From Trueperaceae bacterium (GTDB lineage: Bacteria > Deinococcota > Deinococci > Deinococcales > Trueperaceae): 21,258 nucleotides of DNA. The stretch lies in contig JBBDRK010000036.1 of the NCBI GenBank assembly GCA_040905465.1, positions 38,017 through 59,274 of the forward strand. Reading direction: 5' to 3'. Positions 15,610-21,258 of the stretch are shown in pieces (within the stretch, counting starts at the first letter, position 1; each line of letters opens with the position of its first letter). Position numbers and translations under genes: made by a program. The notes beneath the pieces are model-generated. The model ran no database searches and was not told the DNA's origin. It saw only the letters and a program-made list of their open reading frames with translations.

Positions 15610-16707
15610 CTACCCGCCGGCCTTGCCGGCGCTGGCACGCCGCCGTGAGTGACGCTCATGCGTCGTTTCCCGGCCGCTCGAGGCGCGCGGGAGGACCATA
15701 GCGGCTTCGAACCCCATTGGAACATTACTCAGTTCCAGCTCGCCACCCAGGGTGTGAACGACGTGGCTCACGAAGGCGAGCCCGAGCCCCTGACCGTCGT
15801 TCGACGAACCGAGCCGGAAGAAGGTATTGGTGAGCTTGCCGACCAACTCCGGCGGCACGCCCGGGCCCCGGTCCCGAACGGAGATCCTGACCTCGCCGGC
15901 ACCGCCCTCGACCCTGAGCTGCACCTGGCCTGAGGAGTACTTCAATGCGTTGTCGAGCAGATTGAGTACCGATTGACCAACCAGGAGCGGATCGAGAACC
16001 GACGTCGGGCCCGGTAGGCGGTTCACCACCTCGACACGGAGCCGCTGCTCCTCTCGCAGGCTACGAAGCGCCTCGTTCACCAATGCCCATGCATCGGCAG
16101 GTTCGGCCGTCTGCTGGGAGGCGCGCGACAGGTGAAGAAGCGCTTCGAGCACGCGCTGGATGCGGTTCGTGTTGCGTTCGAGGGCGGAGGCTACCTCGGC
16201 CGGTCGAGCGACGCCCAGCTGCAGAGACTCGACCTGGAGCCTGATCGCGCTTAGCGGCGTACGCAGCTCGTGGGAGGCATAACGCGTAAAGGTGCGCTCG
16301 CGGTCGAATGCCGCTTTGAGGTTCACTGTCATACGGTTGAAACTCCGGGCCAGCCGCGCCAGCTCGTCTCGGCCGGGCGGGACCGCGACGGGATCCGGGA
16401 AGCGCTGCTGCGAAAGCGAATCGACCGCCCGGGTGAGCTGTCCCACCGGCCTCAGGAGCCAGCCGGCAAGCAGCCAGGCGACGGACAGCGACAGGGCTAC
16501 CTGCGCGACGTCGGTAAGCAGATCGTTGCGCAGCCGCCGGTAGAGGATCTGACGGTACAGCGCCGGTTCGATCGCGGTGCGCTCCCAGTTCCCGGTCGAC
16601 GCCTCCACCTGCCTGCGTGTTTCCCACAGATCCACTGCGATCTCCGCCGTCATGCCGACAAGGACAGCTGTCGCCAGGCACAGAAAGAGTCGCCAGCGAA
16701 AACTCAC
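15610..16707 (-). CDS. HAMP-domain sensor histidine kinase
   Basis: Two TM segments, HAMP (DELARLARSFNRM), H-box ASHELRTPL, NLLDNALKY, DRGPGV, GQGLGL; GTG overlaps the regulator TGA. Confidence 0.93.
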   Translation of the reverse strand: MSFRWRLFLCLATAVLVGMTAEIAVDLWETRRQVEASTGNWERTAIEPALYRQILYRRLRNDLLTDVAQVALSLSVAWLLAGWLLRPVGQLTRAVDSLSQQRFPDPVAVPPGRDELARLARSFNRMTVNLKAAFDRERTFTRYASHELRTPLSAIRLQVESLQLGVARPAEVASALERNTNRIQRVLEALLHLSRASQQTAEPADAWALVNEALRSLREEQRLRVEVVNRLPGPTSVLDPLLVGQSVLNLLDNALKYSSGQVQLRVEGGAGEVRISVRDRGPGVPPELVGKLTNTFFRLGSSNDGQGLGLAFVSHVVHTLGGELELSNVPMGFEAAMVLPRASSGRETTHERHSRRRASAGKAGG

Positions 16708-17372
16708 GGTCCGGACCGCGGCCCGAGAACGTATCCTCCCGGCACCGTTCCGATGACATCCGGTGCGATCTTCTGACGCAACTGGTTCACATATACACGC
16801 ACTACTCTCGTTCCCGAGGTTGCGTTTGGGAAGAATCGCTCGAGAAGCTCGTCGACCTCGAACAGTCGCTCGGGGTAGAGCGCGAACAGCTCGAGCAGGG
16901 CGAACTCACGCTCGCTCAACCTCACGCCCTTGCCACGCCAGTTGACCTCTCTCTTGCTCAGATCGACCCGGAGCGCACCGTGTTCGAGAACCGCGCGCCG
17001 GGTGTGGGCGGTGCGACGAAGCAGGGCTCGCGTACGGGCGAGAAACTCTCCCAGGCTGAACGGCTTTACCAGGTAGTCGTCGCCACCGAGATCCAGCCCG
17101 CGGATGCGGTCGGCAACCGAGTCGCGAGCGGTCAGGAAAAGGATGCTTCCGTTGAACCCGGTGCTCCTCAGCGACTCGGCGAAACCGAAGCCCGCATCCT
17201 CGCCCTCCGGCAACATCACGTCGAGCACCGCCAGGTCGAACGCGCGCTCGGTCAGCGCCGTGTACGCTTCCTCGGTCGACGCGGCCGCTGATACGAAATG
17301 CCCCTGGCTCCGCAAGACTTCCGCGAGAGGCTCGGCGATGTCCGGCTCGTCTTCCACAAGGAGTATGTTCAC
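16704..17372 (-). CDS. OmpR family response regulator
   Basis: VNILLVEDE, LDVMLP, FLTARD, GGDDYLVKPF, LSEREFALL, VRVYVNQLRQKI, GY; probable GTG start at 17372. Confidence 0.94.
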   Translation of the reverse strand: MNILLVEDEPDIAEPLAEVLRSQGHFVSAAASTEEAYTALTERAFDLAVLDVMLPEGEDAGFGFAESLRSTGFNGSILFLTARDSVADRIRGLDLGGDDYLVKPFSLGEFLARTRALLRRTAHTRRAVLEHGALRVDLSKREVNWRGKGVRLSEREFALLELFALYPERLFEVDELLERFFPNATSGTRVVRVYVNQLRQKIAPDVIGTVPGGYVLGPRSGP

Positions 17373-17382
17373 GGCGACCTGA

Positions 17383-18834
17383 TCAGAAGTCGCACTCCGA
17401 CTCGCGCCGCAGATCACCGAGCTGATCCAGCCGTTCGACCGGATCGGTACGCGGCAAGTAGATGGCCGGTAGTTCGCCGACGAGCGTGACCAGTTCCCGT
17501 CGCGACTCTGCCTCGGGCATCAGGTCCACCAGGTAGAGCGACTGCCGGAGCTGGTGGTCCCACGACCGGAATGTAACGCCGATCCCCTTCCATATGTCGA
17601 ACACCGACTGTGGGTTCTCGAGGAACTCGACCACCTCGGGACCGGTTCCGGCCCCGCCCAGTGAAACAGTCTCGAAGAGGACCTTTATCGCCTGATAGGC
17701 CGACCACGCCGGCGGCTCCATCGTCGTGTCCCACCGCGCGGCGAACCTGGCGTTGAGCTCACGCGCTCCGTAGGCGTCAAGGGTTGCTTCCCAGGAGGTC
17801 GCGCGGTAGCCGGCGCCGACCACGGGCGCCGCTTCCATCGAGGCGGCGAAGAACTCCCGGGTCTGCGCGGCGGGGTGCGGAAAGCCGGTCACCTGAGCTT
17901 CGACGCCTCCGGCTTCGGCCTGCTCCAGGAACGCCAACTGCCTGTCGGGCCCGAGCAGCAGAAGAACCACGTCGGCCCGATTGCGCCGAACGGCTTCGAT
18001 CGCGCCGTCGAAACCTTCGTCGCTGGCGACAATGGCGCGCCCCGTTTCGCGGGCACCGAAGTGACGCTCACGCATCGACCATCTGACTCTTTCGTATAGC
18101 GCCTCGCCGTCCGGCGTGTCCTCTATCACGAAGAACCAGCTGCGGAAGCCGGCGCGAATGAACCAGCCCACCAGGGCATCGAGGTACATCGCGGCACTGG
18201 GCTCGACGTGAAAGCTGTAGCGGCCGCACTCCTCGTTGCGCAGGCGGTCGCCGGACGAGCCGATATTGAGGAACGGTATCTCCCGTTGCTCTGCGAGCTC
18301 GGCCAGCGCAAGCGCCGAGCCCGCGCCGAAGCCGCCCACCAACGCGAAGACCTCCTCTTCGGCCAGCAGCTGCTCCGCCGCCTCTCGCGCCCCGTCGGCA
18401 CCGTCCGCTCGCACCGTAAGCAGCTCGAGCCGCAACCCCAGCAGTTCCGCGTTGAAGCCGAACTCCTCTTCAGCAAACGTCGCGCCCATGAGAGCCGACT
18501 CGGCCACGGCGTTGCTGAGAGTGCCGGCGGTTCCCTCCGCTGCGTCCGGCCCGGGCAGGATCAAGCCGATCCGCAGGGACTGCGCCGGCTCCTCTTGCGC
18601 CGGCTCCTCTTGCCCCGTTACGACGGCAGTCGACAGCAGCATCAGTACGAGCAGAGCGCACGCTCCTGGTGCGGATGTGAACAGGGGCCGCCGGCTGTGC
18701 CGCGTCGACTCGCGATTCACAGCGAGCCTAGCGAGAAATTCGCTCCGAGCCGGACCCCCGGCCCTTCCCGGTCGAACCTTTCCAACATCATCGAAGTGTC
18801 CCCCATCCCGGCTCACCTGACAGCCCCTGCTCAC
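17383..18834 (-). CDS. ABC substrate-binding protein, periplasmic-binding-protein type 1 (resembles PQQ-ADH-system/LutA-type SBPs)
   Basis: Signal-like LLVLMLLSTAVVTG-Q; D.LRNEEC..YSFHVEPSAAMYLDAL, KG..VTFRSWDHQLRQ, LDQLGD...ESEC.F; start uncertain (GTG 18834, 18816 or 18720). Confidence 0.85.
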   Translation of the reverse strand: MSRGCQVSRDGGHFDDVGKVRPGRAGGPARSEFLARLAVNRESTRHSRRPLFTSAPGACALLVLMLLSTAVVTGQEEPAQEEPAQSLRIGLILPGPDAAEGTAGTLSNAVAESALMGATFAEEEFGFNAELLGLRLELLTVRADGADGAREAAEQLLAEEEVFALVGGFGAGSALALAELAEQREIPFLNIGSSGDRLRNEECGRYSFHVEPSAAMYLDALVGWFIRAGFRSWFFVIEDTPDGEALYERVRWSMRERHFGARETGRAIVASDEGFDGAIEAVRRNRADVVLLLLGPDRQLAFLEQAEAGGVEAQVTGFPHPAAQTREFFAASMEAAPVVGAGYRATSWEATLDAYGARELNARFAARWDTTMEPPAWSAYQAIKVLFETVSLGGAGTGPEVVEFLENPQSVFDIWKGIGVTFRSWDHQLRQSLYLVDLMPEAESRRELVTLVGELPAIYLPRTDPVERLDQLGDLRRESECDF

Positions 18835-19913
18835 CTGAACGCCGAGGAGGCTTCGGCTATCGCCTCCTGCAGCCTTGCGCAGCCGCTCGACACCTCGGCT
18901 CGTTCGCCTGCTCTCATCTGCTCCGGAAGCGACTCGCCCAGCAGCTCCCGGATCACGCCGGCGGGTTCCGGGACGAGCAGCGAGATGGTGCCCCCTATCC
19001 CCTCCACGTAGTTGACCTGGGCGCTCGTCACCAGTTCGAGCGCCAGCAGCTCGCGTTCCTCCTCGAACGCCACACACGCGGCCCGGGACTGGTCGTCGAC
19101 CAGCGCCAGCACGGCCCCCAGGTTGCGGGGTTGCAACTGGCCGCCGAATGCCGCCTCCAGTGCGAACACCAGGTCGTGCGCCGCTACCTCGGCATCCTCA
19201 GGATCGCGGAAGCGTTCAGGAGGCTCCGGGGACGGCATCAAATCGTCGAGAACGGCGAACGCTCGATCCACTTCCGCAACACTGTCCCGATTCGTTGCCG
19301 CCGGCTCCAGCTCCGCCCACAACGCTTTGGCCCGCTGAAGTCCGGCCCAACCGAAGATGTAGGCTCCGACTTCACCCCCTGCCGCTTCCTCGTACCCCTC
19401 GGCGAATCCGCTTCCGGACAGGGCGAGCCGAGCCAGGACCGCCGCCCGGAAGGCGGGATCGTCTCGCAGATCTTCCGGCAACAGCACTTCCTCGGCCCGC
19501 CGCAGGAGCGGCCGGACGCGCTCGACCGCCGCTGCCGTTGCGGCCTGGTCTTCCCTCTCGGACGCTTGCTCGATCTCCTCGAGGCTGGCGACCAGCTCAT
19601 GGTGGAGTGCCGGGTCTCGTTCCGCCAGCGAGCCGGCGAACAGATCGACCGGCCTGACCCGAACTTCATCCTCGTCCTCGTCGTCCGGCTCCGCCGCTTC
19701 GACATCGGCTTCGGCAGCGTCCGCCGCATCCTCCTCGTCGTCCAGCTCGCCGCCCAGCTCGCCGCCCAATTCGACCGCGTCCAGTTGGAATCCCAGCAAC
19801 TCTACGGCGAACGCGAACCGCAACGGCTCGGCATGGCTGACCATGATGCTCTCCTGGGCAGGAGCGAGGGGCAGCAGGGACAGCGGAATGAGGGTGCACA
19901 GCAGGCGCTTCAC
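18831..19913 (-). CDS. secreted acidic helical hypothetical protein
   Basis: Signal MKRLLCTLIPLSLLPLAPA-Q; D/E tract; helical segments such as LAERDPALHHEL and AEGYEEA; GTG overlaps the upstream TGA. Confidence 0.8.
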   Translation of the reverse strand: MKRLLCTLIPLSLLPLAPAQESIMVSHAEPLRFAFAVELLGFQLDAVELGGELGGELDDEEDAADAAEADVEAAEPDDEDEDEVRVRPVDLFAGSLAERDPALHHELVASLEEIEQASEREDQAATAAAVERVRPLLRRAEEVLLPEDLRDDPAFRAAVLARLALSGSGFAEGYEEAAGGEVGAYIFGWAGLQRAKALWAELEPAATNRDSVAEVDRAFAVLDDLMPSPEPPERFRDPEDAEVAAHDLVFALEAAFGGQLQPRNLGAVLALVDDQSRAACVAFEEERELLALELVTSAQVNYVEGIGGTISLLVPEPAGVIRELLGESLPEQMRAGERAEVSSGCARLQEAIAEASSAFR

Positions 19914-20977
19914 TCTTCCTCCTCCGCCGGCAGGGGCTCGCCGACCGAGGCAGAATGGGCTCCACGCCCGGCGCTGATGTTGTCGATGACTTCCAGCGTT
20001 TCCGTGTCGATTACCGAGACACTGTCGGAGAGACCGTTCGCGGTATAAACCCGGCTGCCGTCGACACTGATGGCGATGCCCCAGGGGCGCCTGCCCATAC
20101 GCTCCCGAATCACCTCGATGACCTCTTGACTTTCGGTATCGATGACATAAACCGCGTTGGTTCCGCCGCCGGCGACGAAGAGACGGCTACCATCGGGCGA
20201 GAGCGCCATCTCCACGGGCCTGGAGTCGAGTCCCAGGCTGATATGGCCGGTTACCTCATGGGTGCTGGTGTCGACTACCGAAATGGTTCCGCCTATCTCG
20301 GCCGACACGTAGGCTTGCGACCCGTCATCGGAGAAGATCACGACCCGGGGCCGGTTGCCCACCAGGAAGTGCTTGAGGACCTGCAGCTCTTCGATATCGA
20401 ACACGGTCACGGTGTGGCTCGCCTCACCGGTCATGTATACCCAGCGGCCGTCGGGGCTGACCGCCACCCCTTCCGATTCGATCCCGGTCCGGAAGGTCGC
20501 GATCGTCTCTCCCGTGGCGAGGTCGATTCCGATCCCCTGGGCTCGCGCCTCCAACGCGGCCCACAGTTGCAATCCATCCGGGCTTATCGCGACGCGTTCC
20601 GGGTTGCCGCCCGCCCGGTACTCGGCGATGACTTCGTTGCTGGCAACATCGATGGCGACAATCTTGTCCTCCGGCGCCTCCAGCCGTGGATTGAAGTCGC
20701 TCAGCGCCACGTAGATCGTCCCGCCGTCTGGACTCACGGCCGTCCCTCGCGGTCGGACCTCGCCGGGCCGGCCGGTTACCGTGATCGTGTCTATCAGTTC
20801 GTTGGTTGCGGTATCGATGACCGAGATAGTCGCACCGTACTCGTTCGATATGTAGATTCGGGCACTGCTCTCCTGCTCGTCGCCCTGTGCCTGAGCGGTT
20901 GCGGCAAGCCCGAGGAGCGCTAGGCAGACGGCTGATACGAGTAGTCGTGAAAACGGACTCCTTTTTGGCTTGTTCAT
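19910..20977 (-). CDS. secreted YVTN-type beta-propeller protein (PQQ-catabolism-associated/LutB-like)
   Basis: RBS GGAGG; signal peptide ending AQA-Q; about 7 repeats of P.G.A.SPDG..YV....TISVIDT. Confidence 0.9.
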   Translation of the reverse strand: MNKPKRSPFSRLLVSAVCLALLGLAATAQAQGDEQESSARIYISNEYGATISVIDTATNELIDTITVTGRPGEVRPRGTAVSPDGGTIYVALSDFNPRLEAPEDKIVAIDVASNEVIAEYRAGGNPERVAISPDGLQLWAALEARAQGIGIDLATGETIATFRTGIESEGVAVSPDGRWVYMTGEASHTVTVFDIEELQVLKHFLVGNRPRVVIFSDDGSQAYVSAEIGGTISVVDTSTHEVTGHISLGLDSRPVEMALSPDGSRLFVAGGGTNAVYVIDTESQEVIEVIRERMGRRPWGIAISVDGSRVYTANGLSDSVSVIDTETLEVIDNISAGRGAHSASVGEPLPAEEEE

Positions 20978-21157
20978 GTCCTTACCTCCCGGCCGTTCGC
21001 TACCCCTCGAGCGGCAGCTCCCCGGCTGGCACTCGCGTTGCCGCCGCTCCCGACGGGTGGGCCCTGCCTGGCGGCTCTTTGGCGCCCGTGTGCTTGCAAC
21101 GACGGCGATGGACGTCGATCGGCCGAAGCGCCGCGCGACGCCCGATCGGCTGTTTCG

Positions 21158-21189
21158 AGTTTAGCCGCAAGCGGTAAGGGGGTGGTAAG
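21158..21189 (-). promoter_or_regulatory. candidate OmpR-family-activated promoter
   Basis: Minus strand CTTACC-ACCCC-CTTACC (11-bp period), then 9 bp, then TAAACT -10 box, upstream of the operon encoding the OmpR/HK pair. Confidence 0.6.
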
Positions 21190-21258
21190 TGACGATCCGC
21201 CGAGTCTCATGCGCCACGATAACCGTTCGTCGCGCGCTCCCGAGTACCGCGACCGCCG

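Noticed and set aside
18582-18612. 15-bp tandem duplication encoding QEEPAQEEPAQ; also GCTCACCTGA twice at 18811-18838
   Set aside because: Linker-level duplications with no evident function
1-21258. Transposase, integrase, tRNA/rRNA or CRISPR array
   Set aside because: None seen; the mosaic structure is inferred only from relics and junctions

Overview
This is a GC-rich bacterial accessory region. A Deinococcota (Trueperaceae-like) origin is inferred from protein style and was not verified. It holds four modules. (1) A mercury operon on the minus strand: stand-alone HMA protein, merA without an N-terminal HMA domain, and a merE-like transporter, with a divergent MerR. (2) A second MerR-type module on the minus strand: 24-aa CxxC mini-ORF, a P1B-ATPase with non-canonical metal ligands (YPC/FN/MxxSxT), an exported protein of unknown function, a two-Cys MerR-family regulator and an OsmC-like protein. 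(3) A plus-strand redox cluster: DsrE-like CxxC protein, a MerA/RclA-like flavoprotein disulfide reductase and a cytochrome P460-family protein. Modules 1-3 are bracketed by two paralogous Cys-containing Crp/Fnr genes. (4) After a structured intergenic region and an MFS gene, a minus-strand operon resembling PQQ-dehydrogenase/lanthanide-associated ped/lut clusters: YVTN propeller, acidic helical exported protein, substrate-binding protein, OmpR/histidine kinase pair and ABC-2 ATPase/permease. It has a candidate response-regulator direct-repeat promoter. Gene relics and palindromes mark apparent module junctions. All family calls come from motif recognition by eye; no database searches were run.
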